The notes under the pieces were generated by a model. It was not told the DNA's origin. It ran no database searches and saw only the letters and a list, made by a program, of their open reading frames with translations. Position numbers and translations under genes: made by a program. Of a stretch of 64,000 nt of DNA, positions 7,435-16,319 are shown piece after piece. Source of the stretch: a virus. Where the stretch lies: IMG/VR virus record IMGVR_UViG_3300035101_000063. The stretch is one strand, 5' to 3'. Every line of letters starts with the position of its first letter. Position 1 is the first letter of the stretch.

Positions 7435-8433
7435 TTACTCACAAGCACATAATCTAGGGTCTACTGACCTACGATTTGACATGATTGCCCCACCATTACA
7501 AACAACCACAAGTATCTGATGAAAAACCATATCACTAGAATCATTGTGATATGTACACCCAGCTGCTCCAACATTCCATGTACGGTCTCCTATTCCACAA
7601 GAATCAATCGAAGCATACCAATATCCAGTTTCACCTTCTAACCCCAATCCTTGGACTATAGATATACAATTCTTATGATTATCCTTAATCACATTTTCAG
7701 TATCATCAGAATATTCAAGGCCAAAACTATGACATACACTTATACAATCTGACCTCTCCTCTGGAAGATCTGACCTATAATACCAACATATCCCAGAATC
7801 ATCAGGGAATTCATATCCATTATCCAAACATACTGATTCTTCTGTTTCAGTATCCATTAAACCATAAAAATCCGTATCAAAATCAGTATCCGTATCAGTA
7901 TCTGAGTCTGCATCCGTGTCCGCATCTGAGTCTGAATCTGAGTCTGCGTCCGTGTCCGTGTCCGCATCTGAGTCTGTATCAGCATCACTATCCACATACC
8001 CATTCATATTACAACATTTCAAACCTCTAGGACATGTACCACTAACAGGAATTCCACCTAAAGAAGAACAACTACTTAGACATTCACTTTCACATTCAAT
8101 ATTGATATCTGTATCAGTATCTATATACATATCAGAATCGCTATCTGTATTAGAATCGCTATCTGTATCAGTATCTGTATCAGAATCTGCATCAGTATCT
8201 GCATCTGTATCAGTATCGGTGTCCGCATCAGCGTCTGTATCGGCATCTGTATCACTATCAGAATCGGCATCTGCATCAACATACTCATTTCCAGTATCAA
8301 AAACATTACTGTTACTGTAAATATAAGCAGAATCTATCCAAATATATCCAGCATCGACGTCCAAAAATGCATCTGGTTCAGCAGCACACCCCAAAGATAT
8401 AAAATATACAAAAACCCATAAAATCTTTTCCAT
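7435..8433 (-). CDS. secreted Cys-rich protein with two long Asp-rich (D-A/S/T) dipeptide repeat tracts
   Basis: 332 aa; N-terminal signal-like MEKILWVFVYFISLGCAA; DADADSDSDTDADTD... tracts flank a Cys-rich core (CESECLSSCSSLGG...CPRGLKCC). Confidence 0.6.
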   Translation of the reverse strand: MEKILWVFVYFISLGCAAEPDAFLDVDAGYIWIDSAYIYSNSNVFDTGNEYVDADADSDSDTDADTDADADTDTDTDADTDADSDTDTDTDSDSNTDSDSDMYIDTDTDINIECESECLSSCSSLGGIPVSGTCPRGLKCCNMNGYVDSDADTDSDADTDTDADSDSDSDADTDADSDTDTDTDFDTDFYGLMDTETEESVCLDNGYEFPDDSGICWYYRSDLPEERSDCISVCHSFGLEYSDDTENVIKDNHKNCISIVQGLGLEGETGYWYASIDSCGIGDRTWNVGAAGCTYHNDSSDMVFHQILVVVCNGGAIMSNRRSVDPRLCACE

Positions 8434-8497
8434 AACAAACGCTCCTTTTCAAAAATACTATCTATACCTCGAATCCCTCGAGGCATCATCATATTAT

Positions 8498-8529
8498 ACA
8501 ATATATGAAAACAAAAAACGTTTGTCAAC
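8498..8529 (-). promoter_or_regulatory. promoter GTTGACAAAC -35 / TATATT-like -10
   Basis: tttgtcaac at 8521-8529; AT-rich -10 candidates at 8499-8506. Confidence 0.5.
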
Positions 8530-8546
8530 AAAATATAGAAAAAATC

Positions 8547-8933
8547 TTAAAAATTTCCATTTACATTAACAAAATTATCAGAATTTTTTATATTTCCGTT
8601 AACCTCTCCTCTCCTTTCGCTATCTGTCTGCCAAGCATCAGGAGAAAATGTTTTTATCTGTTTCGAAACTCCAAAAGGCAATATCAATCTGCCTATAATA
8701 GAAGGCTTATCATCGATACCATTATCTTGACAAAAACCATGAACAAGAATCTTTTTATTTGAAAAAACCTGATAAACTTCACTTTCTCCAAGCTTTAGGT
8801 CATATTTATCAGAGTAATAACTATTTAAAAGCTCTATCTTTTTATTCTCAAGCTCAACAAATTTTTCATATGCATCATAAGTATCCTTCCACACTCTTTC
8901 AATTTCTTCTTTCGATACCATATCATCCTCCAA
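8547..8933 (-). CDS. hypothetical protein
   Basis: 128-aa ORF. Confidence 0.5.
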   Translation of the reverse strand: MEDDMVSKEEIERVWKDTYDAYEKFVELENKKIELLNSYYSDKYDLKLGESEVYQVFSNKKILVHGFCQDNGIDDKPSIIGRLILPFGVSKQIKTFSPDAWQTDSERRGEVNGNIKNSDNFVNVNGNF

Positions 8934-8935
8934 AT

Positions 8936-9118
8936 TTACCCCGTTTCTACCCCCTTCAATTTATCCTCTTGCTCTTCCTCTTGCTCTTTAACATAATTAA
9001 TTCCATATACAATAGAATCATCTGTCTTATCAACAGCAATAATAGCAATATTATCAAACAATTTCTCTACCATACCTAACATATTTACAATTCTATTTCT
9101 ATCCTCTTTATCTAACAT
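8936..9118 (-). CDS. hypothetical small protein
   Basis: 60-aa ORF; start abuts the previous gene's stop. Confidence 0.35.
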   Translation of the reverse strand: MLDKEDRNRIVNMLGMVEKLFDNIAIIAVDKTDDSIVYGINYVKEQEEEQEDKLKGVETG

Positions 9119-9296
9119 TCAATACCCCCATAAAAAACCCCATAAGAAAAAAAGCATCCAAAACAGTCTTATCAGGATATCTCAACGCTGCTTCCCTGAC
9201 CACTTTAGGATCTAGTTTAATAGAAAAAGCAACTTTACATTTATCAATTTTCATTATCAAATCAACCTTTCTTTGGCATCTTGCCAACTATCTAGT

Positions 9297-9330
9297 CATA
9301 GATAATACACAAAAAAACTACATTGTCAAC
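9297..9330 (-). promoter_or_regulatory. promoter GTTGACAATG -35 / TATTAT -10
   Basis: attgtcaac at 9322-9330; tattat (minus) at 9302-9307, 16-bp spacer. Confidence 0.45.
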
Positions 9331-9610
9331 TATCTCGATTTTCATTACCCATAACAATTTCTTCTATAGCACACATATTTGCCATGAGTTCTCTATTAAT
9401 ACGAGATAATTTCTCTATCCTATTTTTGCATACAGGAATCACGTTACAAATTTTTTTAATATCAACTACAACTGAATCACTTTTTTCATTCGTAATATCT
9501 ACATTATTATCAGATAGAAAAATATTTAAAATACTTTCCAATGTTATATTCAATCGTTCCAATTCACCAATCAAATAATCATCACTTTTTTCTTCCATTT
9601 TAACCTCCAA
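9326..9610 (-). CDS. hypothetical protein
   Basis: 94-aa ORF; RBS ggagg. A second GTTGACAAAC motif (9614-9622) lies directly against its RBS. Confidence 0.45.
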   Translation of the reverse strand: MEVKMEEKSDDYLIGELERLNITLESILNIFLSDNNVDITNEKSDSVVVDIKKICNVIPVCKNRIEKLSRINRELMANMCAIEEIVMGNENRDS

Positions 9611-9671
9611 TAGTTTGTCAACACTATATACTTATTGACTCCCCATTATCTTAGCTCTTTTTTTGATGTAA

Positions 9672-9706
9672 AGAGAATATATATTATTGGAAATACAGTT
9701 GTCAAG
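9672..9706 (-). promoter_or_regulatory. promoter CTTGACAAC -35 / ATATAT -10
   Basis: ttgtcaag at 9699-9706; 17-bp spacer to atatat. Confidence 0.45.
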
Positions 9707-9832
9707 TACTTTTTTAAATAAAAAATATTCCAATAATTTCCTATCCATATCTTTCATACAAATAACTAAATAATAGATTCATATGTCGTATCAATCATTA
9801 TTTTAGAAATATCCATATTAATCTTCTTCTTT

Positions 9833-9848
9833 GCGAACTCGAGTTCGC
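9833..9848. repeat. palindrome GCGAACTCGAGTTCGC (copy 3)
   Basis: Exact palindrome 3 bp downstream of the stop of the small ORF at 9852-10022. Confidence 0.9.
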
Positions 9849-9851
9849 TGT

Positions 9852-10022
9852 CTATATATATCCAAGATACAATAACCACGATGGATATCCATGTGGACAT
9901 ATACCATCAGGTTCCACTACACATCCATCTGTTGCTTCACAAACCGAAGAAAAACCCCATCTCTCAATTTGCTCCAAATCAGGCTTAGGCATAGTTGGTT
10001 CAGGATATCTTTTCTTTTTCAT
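9852..10022 (-). CDS. small Cys-containing protein (56 aa), below the ORF-track length cutoff
   Basis: ATG at 10020-10022 preceded by RBS ggagagata; translates MKKKRYPEPTMPKPDLEQIERWGFSSVCEATDGCVVEPDGICPHGYPSWLLYLGYI. Confidence 0.3.
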   Translation of the reverse strand: MKKKRYPEPTMPKPDLEQIERWGFSSVCEATDGCVVEPDGICPHGYPSWLLYLGYI

Positions 10023-10053
10023 AATATCTCTCCTCTACTTAGTATATTTATTT

Positions 10054-10566
10054 TTATATCTTGGTTCCTTCGAGGTTGGCCCCTTCGAAGCCAGCCCATT
10101 TGAACTTGACCTCTTTAAGGTTGGCACTTTCAAGATTGGCCCCTTTAAGGTTGGCACTTTCAAGATTGGCACTTTCAAGATTGGCATCTTTGAGATTGAC
10201 CCCTTCAAGGTAAGCCCATTTGAGGTTGGCATCTTTGAGATTGGCCCCTTCAAGATTGGCATCTTTAAGGTAGGCCCATTCTAGATTGGCATCTTCGAGG
10301 TCAACCCCTTTTAGGTCAACCCCTTCGAGGCCAACCCCTTTTAGGTTGACCCCTTTAAGGTTGGCACTTTCAAGATTGGCACTTTCAAGATTGGCACTTT
10401 CAAGATTGGCACTTTCAAGATTGGCCCCTTTGAGATTGGCCCCTTTGAGGTTAGCTTCTTCGAGGTCAACCCCTTCGAGGTCAGCCCCTTTTAGGTTGGC
10501 TCCTTCGAAGTTGACCCCTTTGAGGATGGCTCCCCGCAAATTTCTTCCACTTAAATCAATTTTCAT
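10054..10566 (-). CDS. pentapeptide-repeat protein, paralog 1
   Basis: 170 aa; MKIDLSGRNLRGA... then continuous A(N/D)L(K/E)G pentapeptide repeats. Confidence 0.8.
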   Translation of the reverse strand: MKIDLSGRNLRGAILKGVNFEGANLKGADLEGVDLEEANLKGANLKGANLESANLESANLESANLESANLKGVNLKGVGLEGVDLKGVDLEDANLEWAYLKDANLEGANLKDANLKWAYLEGVNLKDANLESANLESANLKGANLESANLKEVKFKWAGFEGANLEGTKI

Positions 10567-11194
10567 TTTTTATCCCTTCGAGGTTGGCCCCTTCTAGATC
10601 GACCTCTTCTAGATCGACATCTTTAAGATTGGCTCCTTTAAGATTGGCTCCTTTGAGGTAGGCCCCTTTAATTTTGGCCCCTTCGAGGTTGGCTCCTTCT
10701 AGATTGGCTCCTTCTAGATTGACTCCTTCAAGGTTGGCACATTTAAGGATGGCCCCTTCTAGATTGGCCCTTTTTAGGTCTGCCATTTCTAAATTGGCCC
10801 TTTTGAGGTCTGCCATTTCAAGGTCTGCCCCTTCAAGGTTGGCCCCTGTAAAGTCTGACCCTTTAAAATTGGCATATCTTAGGTTGGCATCTTCGATGTT
10901 GGCCATTTTGAGGTTGACCCTTTCGAGATTGGCACCTCTTAGGTCTGCCCCTTTGAGGTCAGTACCTTCAAGGTTAGCACCTTCAAGATTGGCCCCTGTA
11001 AAGTCTGCCTTTTCAAGGTCTGCCCCTTCAAGATTGGCACATCTTAGGTATGTCCATTCGAGTTTGGCCCCTTTTAGGTTGGCTCCTTCGAGGTTAGCTT
11101 CTTCAAGGTTGGTCCTTTCTAGCTTAGCACCTCGCAAATCAATTCCTTCGAAGTTGGCTCCCCGCAAATTTCTTCCACTTAAATCAATTTTCAT
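10556..11194 (-). CDS. pentapeptide-repeat protein, paralog 2
   Basis: 212 aa; same N-terminus MKIDLSGRNLRGA; C-terminus ...EGIKNEN; 11-nt overlap with paralog 1. Confidence 0.8.
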   Translation of the reverse strand: MKIDLSGRNLRGANFEGIDLRGAKLERTNLEEANLEGANLKGAKLEWTYLRCANLEGADLEKADFTGANLEGANLEGTDLKGADLRGANLERVNLKMANIEDANLRYANFKGSDFTGANLEGADLEMADLKRANLEMADLKRANLEGAILKCANLEGVNLEGANLEGANLEGAKIKGAYLKGANLKGANLKDVDLEEVDLEGANLEGIKNEN

Positions 11195-11747
11195 TTTTTA
11201 TCCCTTCGAGGTTGGACCCTTTGAGATAGGCCCCTTCTAAATTTATCCCTCTCAAATCTGTCTTTTCCAGCTTGGCCCCTTCTAGGTAAGCCCCTTTAAA
11301 GTTGACTCCTTCCAAGTAAGCCCTTTTAAAATTGGCCCCTTTGAGGTTGGCTCCTTTGAAATTGGCCAAGTAGAGGTTGGCACATTCAAAATTGGCCCCT
11401 TCAAGGTTAGCATCTTTAAGGTCTGCCCCTTCAAAGTTGACCAATTTTAGGTTGGCTTCTTTGAGTTTGGCACCTTCTAGGTTGGCCCATTTAAGGATGG
11501 CCCCCTCAAGATTGGCCCCTTTTAGGTTGGCTTCTTTGAACTTAACCCCTTCGAGGTCAGCCCCTTCGAGGAAAGCCCCTTTTAGATTGGCCCCTTCAAG
11601 GTTGGCTTTTTTTAGATTGGCTCCTTTTAGGTAGGCATCTTTGAGGTTGGCCCCTTCAAGGTCAGCCCCTTTTAGGTAGGCACCTTCGAGGTCAGCCCCT
11701 TCCAAAATGGCTCCTCGCAAATTTCTTCCACTTAAATCAATTTTCAT
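11184..11747 (-). CDS. pentapeptide-repeat protein, paralog 3
   Basis: 187 aa; MKIDLSGRNLRGA ... EGIKNEN. Confidence 0.8.
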   Translation of the reverse strand: MKIDLSGRNLRGAILEGADLEGAYLKGADLEGANLKDAYLKGANLKKANLEGANLKGAFLEGADLEGVKFKEANLKGANLEGAILKWANLEGAKLKEANLKLVNFEGADLKDANLEGANFECANLYLANFKGANLKGANFKRAYLEGVNFKGAYLEGAKLEKTDLRGINLEGAYLKGSNLEGIKNEN

Positions 11748-12275
11748 TTATCTCTTAGCTCCTTCTAAGTTAGCTCCTTCTAAGTTGGCTCCTTTGAAAT
11801 TGGCTCCTTCTAGATTGGCCCCTTCGAGGTTAGCCCATTTAAAATTGGCTCCTTCGAGATTGGACCCTTCAATATTGGCCCATTTTAGGTCTGCCCTTTC
11901 GAGGATGGCCCCTTCGAGATTAGCCCCTTTGAGGATGGCCCCTTCGAGGATGGCCTCTTTGAGGTTAGCCCCTTTGAGATTTACCTCTTTGAGGTTAGCC
12001 CCTTCGAGGTTGGCCCTTTCGAGATTGGCCCCTTCGAGGTTAGTTCCTTCGAGGTTTGCCCTTTCAAGGTTGGCTCCTTTTAGGTTTGCCCTTTCAAGGT
12101 CTGCACCTTTGAGGTTAGCACATCTTAAACCTGTCCATTCAAGGTTGGACCCTTCGAGGTTAGTTCCTTCGAAGTTAGCTTCTTCAAGGTTGGTCCTTTC
12201 GAGGTCTGCCCCTCGCAAATCAATCCCTTTCAAAATAGCTCCTCGCAAATTTCTTTCACTTAAATCGATTTTCAT
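11748..12275 (-). CDS. pentapeptide-repeat protein, paralog 4
   Basis: 175 aa; MKIDLSERNLRGA...; its TAA stop overlaps the next ATG (taaATG). Confidence 0.8.
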   Translation of the reverse strand: MKIDLSERNLRGAILKGIDLRGADLERTNLEEANFEGTNLEGSNLEWTGLRCANLKGADLERANLKGANLERANLEGTNLEGANLERANLEGANLKEVNLKGANLKEAILEGAILKGANLEGAILERADLKWANIEGSNLEGANFKWANLEGANLEGANFKGANLEGANLEGAKR

Positions 12276-12708
12276 TTTTTATCCCTTCGAAGTTGGCCTC
12301 TTTGAGATAGGCCCCTTCCAAATTGGCCCCTTCCAAATTTACCCCTCGCAAGTTGACCTTGCTCAAATCAGTTCCTCTCATGTCAACCCTTTCCAAATTG
12401 GCACTTAGTAAGTCAGTCCCTTCCAAATTGGCCCCTCGCAAGTTAACCTTACTCAAGTTGGCCTCTCGTAAATCGGCCCCTTCCAAATCGGCCCCTCGCA
12501 AGTTTGCGTTACTTAAATTAGCCTTGCTCAAGTTGACCCCTCGCAAATTGGTCCATTCTAAGTTGGCCCCTTCCAGATTGACATTATTCAGATTAGCCTA
12601 TTCTAAGTTGGCCCATCGCAAGTTAATCCCTTCCAAATTGGCCTTGCTCAGATTAGCCTTTCGTAAATTGGCTTCTCGCAAAATTTTACCACTTAAATCG
12701 GTTTTCAT
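12256..12708 (-). pseudogene. pentapeptide-repeat paralog 5/6 interrupted by an in-frame TAG
   Basis: ATG at 12706-12708 gives MKTDLSGKILREANLRKANLSKANLEGINLRWANLE, then TAG (plus 12598-12600). The frame continues ANLNNVNLEGANLEWTNLRGVNLSKANLS... to the family C-terminus ...EGIKNENRFK at 12256. Confidence 0.6.
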
Positions 12709-12721
12709 TTTTTTTCCTTAT

Positions 12722-14929
12722 TCAATTCCAAATTCCATCAAACTTACCCACAAGTTGAGTCTTTCGATATCTCACAAGAATTCTTTCCAGCACTCTATAA
12801 ATATCATCTTCAGCCGTTTCAATATCTATAGAATTCATCCAATGCCCAATACAAGCATCAGGCTTATTGAATCCCATTCCATCCTTCAGAAAAGCCCCAT
12901 CACAAACACTACACAGATGGCCTAGAGCGCCCCTCAGTAGGCTCTTCCTTTCCTCGGTTAGTTCAGGTTCTGGCACATGAGAAACCCGCTCAGATTCCCG
13001 CTCAGCCACTCTCCTGATTTTCTGAGAGTAATACTCTCGATTGGCTTCATACTCAGCTTTGCGAATCCTTTCCGAGAGCTCTTCATCACTCTCCTCTTTG
13101 AGATCTACAAAATCAGACTTTTTACTAGAAACTTTTTGGCCACCCTTGAAAACATAATCATTATCAAGAGCCATATAGGCAAGTTTGACTTTGTACTCTA
13201 TAATATTTTGAATGTGAATATCAAGAGGATGAGAAGAAACCAGCCTTTTGATAGTCACATTGTTACTCTTCTGACCTATCCTGCAAATTCTGTCCTCTGC
13301 CTGAATATTCCAAGAGGGTGTCCAGTCAAGATCAACAAAAATCGCATTAGAAGCCCTTGTCAAAGTAAGACCAACACCCCCAGCCTTGATTGTCAGACCA
13401 ACACCTTTCAATTCGCCACATTGAAACCTCCTTACGACATTCTGTCTATCCTCTGCAGACGTATCACCGGTTATTACGTCCCATCCATCACGACTAGCCA
13501 ACTCATCTATAGGGGATCTATGAGCAGAAAAAACAACGACTGGCGTATCAGTTTCCTCATGCTCTTCAATTAAATTCAACATAGCAGGAATTTTAGCTTT
13601 AGCCAACAAAGCCCTTACTCGAGAAAAAGCATTAAAATCAGGGATTGTATCAAGGTCCAACATTGAAAAATCATCTGCATCAAAATTGATTCCTTGAGCA
13701 TCGGCAATTTCTTGAGCAAGTTCTTTCAATTCCTTATTGAGAGACCTACTAGAACAATCAACCTCAATCCTCTGATAAGTCTTAGGAGGAAGGTCTTTGA
13801 GAACGTCTTTTTTGAGTCTACGAATCATAACTCTCTTCATTCTCTCAACAACTTCCTGAGTGGGAAGACCAAACTCATACCCACCGTACTTACTACATGA
13901 ACCATTGAAAAGATTAACAAACTTGTTAAATCCACCCAAAGGATACATTCCAAACGCACACAAAACACCCCACAAATCAAATGGTCGATTCATCAACGGA
14001 GTTCCAGTCAAAACCCAAACCTTGGCAACATTTTTTGATAATTGTGTAACCTTTTGTGTCCTTTTAGCTTTGTAATTTTTTGCAAGATGACCTTCATCAA
14101 AAATAACAATTGTCTCGTTCAAACCAGAACGTTTGTCTGATGGAATATCAGCAACCAGAATCGGGTCACCCTTCTTATTTATTTTCCCACTATCAATTGT
14201 GGGCATCAACCATTTGGGCAGAATATCATAATTGACAATAACTATCTCACCCTCGTTAGGGACAATATTATCGTCTTTTTTACCCTTGACTATCCTAATA
14301 GAATAATCTGGTCTCCAAAGTTGAATCTCATCTCTCCAGTTGTATTTAACAGCAGAAGGGCAAGTAACTAAAACTCTTGATTTCTCAGGAATGGCAACAA
14401 GAGCCTGAACGGTTTTCCCGAGTCCCATATCATCAGCCATCAACGCATGATTATGAAGAGCAAGAAATCTAACTCCATCACGCTGAAAATCATAAAGAGG
14501 ACTTCCGTCAACCCTGACACGTTCAGCTCGTTTTTCAGCTTCTTGAGAGGCTACGGTACCGATTGAAGCACGCTTCCTTAGACTATCAGGAACATCGAGT
14601 TTTAGTTGGTCAGCAATCTCGATGACTCTATCCAAGTCCTCAGTCTTGACACTCACTGTCCAGTGCTTTTCGTCTGGATTCCATCGAGCCCCAGGCATAG
14701 AACGCAACAGAGTAATAGCATTTTTGTCATACCCCATGATGACCTTGCCATCCTCGGTCAATTTACGGACATTATCTCTATTCTGGTCTACGCCAAGTTT
14801 TCGATGACAAGCTGTTGATTTGCAAACTGTATGCCAAGTACCATTTTCAACGAAAGCAAAACCGTCACCCACGCCAACTTGCTCTCCACAACACTCACAA
14901 CGTTTCGAAAATTTGTTTTTTATAACCAT
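12722..14929 (-). CDS. SNF2-family (DEAD/H-like) helicase with N-terminal zinc ribbon
   Basis: 735 aa; CECCGEQ...CKSTACH Zn ribbon; ALMADDMGLGKTVQALV (motif I), FDEGHLAKN (DEGH box), C-terminal helicase lobe; G+C visibly higher than flanking phage DNA. Confidence 0.85.
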   Translation of the reverse strand: MVIKNKFSKRCECCGEQVGVGDGFAFVENGTWHTVCKSTACHRKLGVDQNRDNVRKLTEDGKVIMGYDKNAITLLRSMPGARWNPDEKHWTVSVKTEDLDRVIEIADQLKLDVPDSLRKRASIGTVASQEAEKRAERVRVDGSPLYDFQRDGVRFLALHNHALMADDMGLGKTVQALVAIPEKSRVLVTCPSAVKYNWRDEIQLWRPDYSIRIVKGKKDDNIVPNEGEIVIVNYDILPKWLMPTIDSGKINKKGDPILVADIPSDKRSGLNETIVIFDEGHLAKNYKAKRTQKVTQLSKNVAKVWVLTGTPLMNRPFDLWGVLCAFGMYPLGGFNKFVNLFNGSCSKYGGYEFGLPTQEVVERMKRVMIRRLKKDVLKDLPPKTYQRIEVDCSSRSLNKELKELAQEIADAQGINFDADDFSMLDLDTIPDFNAFSRVRALLAKAKIPAMLNLIEEHEETDTPVVVFSAHRSPIDELASRDGWDVITGDTSAEDRQNVVRRFQCGELKGVGLTIKAGGVGLTLTRASNAIFVDLDWTPSWNIQAEDRICRIGQKSNNVTIKRLVSSHPLDIHIQNIIEYKVKLAYMALDNDYVFKGGQKVSSKKSDFVDLKEESDEELSERIRKAEYEANREYYSQKIRRVAERESERVSHVPEPELTEERKSLLRGALGHLCSVCDGAFLKDGMGFNKPDACIGHWMNSIDIETAEDDIYRVLERILVRYRKTQLVGKFDGIWN

Positions 14930-14964
14930 AATTGTCTCCTCCTCAACATCTTGTTGAGTATCTA

Positions 14965-14999
14965 CATTGATTTTAAGACATTAAAAATAGTTTGTCAAC
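14965..14999 (-). promoter_or_regulatory. promoter GTTGACAAAC -35 / TAAAAT -10, followed by 5'UTR hairpin CTCAACATCTTGTTGAG (14942-14958)
   Basis: tttgtcaac at 14991-14999; 17-bp spacer; taaaat (minus). The ~70-bp cassette is duplicated at 16646-16714. Confidence 0.55.
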
Positions 15000-15016
15000 T
15001 TTTTTTTAAGTTTTCT

Positions 15017-15721
15017 CTAAAGTTTTTCTTTTTTAGTAATAGGTCTAGATATTTTACTGATTTTGGGTGTAGGTGATCTAAAAGCAACAGTATTTGTACC
15101 TCCAATACTACGTGGCTTTTCACTCCTCATGAAAACCTTTCCATCTTTTATAATGGCAACAGATGTAATTCTTTTTCCATTATCAAGAATTTTTATTTCA
15201 TACCCTCTACCAAGTTTTTCTATCCTAAAATTTTTCTTAACAACAAGTTTGTTAAGAATATCAATATCTTCATTTTCTGTAGCCATTATAATTTGATTTT
15301 GTATATCAAGAGTTTTTGGCTTCAAAAAATATATTTGTGATACTTTTTTTTGTGCAAAAATACGCCTAATCTTTTTTTCGTATTTTAAACTGTCATAATC
15401 ATCCGGTAATTTTTCCCATGGCAAAATTTTTGCCAACTCCGATGAAGACAACATCCACTTAGTTCCACAAACCTTAATATTTACATCTTTATCAGATATC
15501 AACTTCAACCATTTATCCCCTCTGGTATGAATATCCCATCCTGGTCCACTTGCTATATTAGCAATAAATTCCATACCGATTAGATTCAACGCCTTTACAA
15601 ATATTTTTTCAAAATATTTTCCACCAAGACCAGAATCCTCGATATCTGCAATTTTTTCTTCTAATCGATCAAGTAATTCTCTCATAAGAGAGATTATAAA
15701 TAAAAAATAAAATATCTTCAA
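15017..15721 (-). CDS. hypothetical protein
   Basis: 234-aa ORF; no confident family assignment (weak D..D.K pattern only). Confidence 0.5.
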   Translation of the reverse strand: MKIFYFLFIISLMRELLDRLEEKIADIEDSGLGGKYFEKIFVKALNLIGMEFIANIASGPGWDIHTRGDKWLKLISDKDVNIKVCGTKWMLSSSELAKILPWEKLPDDYDSLKYEKKIRRIFAQKKVSQIYFLKPKTLDIQNQIIMATENEDIDILNKLVVKKNFRIEKLGRGYEIKILDNGKRITSVAIIKDGKVFMRSEKPRSIGGTNTVAFRSPTPKISKISRPITKKEKL

Positions 15722-15764
15722 ATACTTTTTATTTACCCAATCCCAATAAAATTAATCATCTGGT

Positions 15765-16235
15765 TCATTGATATAAAAACTCTATAATATCCTCAAAGGA
15801 TACATCGCCATCGGACCATTCTGAGCATATGGATAAATCTATGAATGATGATTTCTCGCCGACTATAAGCTCGACATACTCGTAGCCGTACACATCGCTA
15901 CTGACACCTCGATACCTAACCAACGTCGTATTACGAGATCGACTCTCATACGCCTCATGTGCTCGCCATACTCGTCCCAGCGCATCATTTTTCACTGCCA
16001 TAATATCAGGAGCCATAACTAAATATGGTTTATTCTGCCATCCGCCGTCGGATGGAGAAGGCATTTTCTCTTCTATTAGAGAGGATTTTTCTTCATGTCC
16101 TATCATGTGCCAGTTATCGTCTCGACTCTTATACACACGCAGATACGCACGCGCGTAATCTGAACCGAATAGTAGCAAACCCTTAATCCAATCCTCTTCT
16201 ACGCTATATGTTGGCATTGTTGCATAAATTTTCAT
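15765..16235 (-). CDS. hypothetical protein (higher-GC island)
   Basis: 156-aa ORF; composition visibly GC-richer than the phage average. Confidence 0.5.
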   Translation of the reverse strand: MKIYATMPTYSVEEDWIKGLLLFGSDYARAYLRVYKSRDDNWHMIGHEEKSSLIEEKMPSPSDGGWQNKPYLVMAPDIMAVKNDALGRVWRAHEAYESRSRNTTLVRYRGVSSDVYGYEYVELIVGEKSSFIDLSICSEWSDGDVSFEDIIEFLYQ

Positions 16236-16319
16236 AGTTTATCTCCTTTGTTATGGCCGAATCGGCCTACATTCCACCGACATTCCACCGACATTGCTAA
16301 CGGGTAGACGGGATCAATT

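Noticed and set aside
7916-8320. ORFs 7916..8320(+) and 8121..8306(-) inside the Asp-rich repeat gene
   Set aside because: Low-complexity alternative-frame translations of the (GAT/GAC)n tracts.
8334-8531. ORF 8334..8531(-)
   Set aside because: It overlaps the promoter motif and the 5' end of the signal-peptide gene 7435..8433, so it is probably spurious.
9614-9622. GTTGACAAAC copy as the promoter of 9326..9610
   Set aside because: It lies only ~25 nt from the ATG with the RBS in between and leaves no room for a -10. The promoter at 9672-9706 fits better, so this copy is more likely an operator or UTR element.
10286-12925. Plus-strand ORFs 10286..10597, 10674..11240, 11377..11634, 11707..12408, 12323..12925 with PSRLA repeats, and the alternative minus-frame ORF 10035..10262
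   Set aside because: They are antisense or alternative-frame images of the pentapeptide-repeat genes, created by the nucleotide periodicity. The minus-strand genes have conserved starts, overlaps and C-termini.
12977-13573. Plus-strand ORF 12977..13573, and similar opposite-strand ORFs inside large genes such as 51942..52199, 53729..54043 and 60067..60306
   Set aside because: They are embedded entirely within long, well-supported minus-strand genes (SNF2 helicase, sheath and others) and show no independent signals.
12722-14929. SNF2 helicase as a functional replacement for Cas3
   Set aside because: No HD-nuclease motif was recognised, it sits ~7.5 kb from the cas operon in a compositionally different island, and it is SNF2-type rather than Cas3-type SF2. 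It is kept only as a speculation in the findings.
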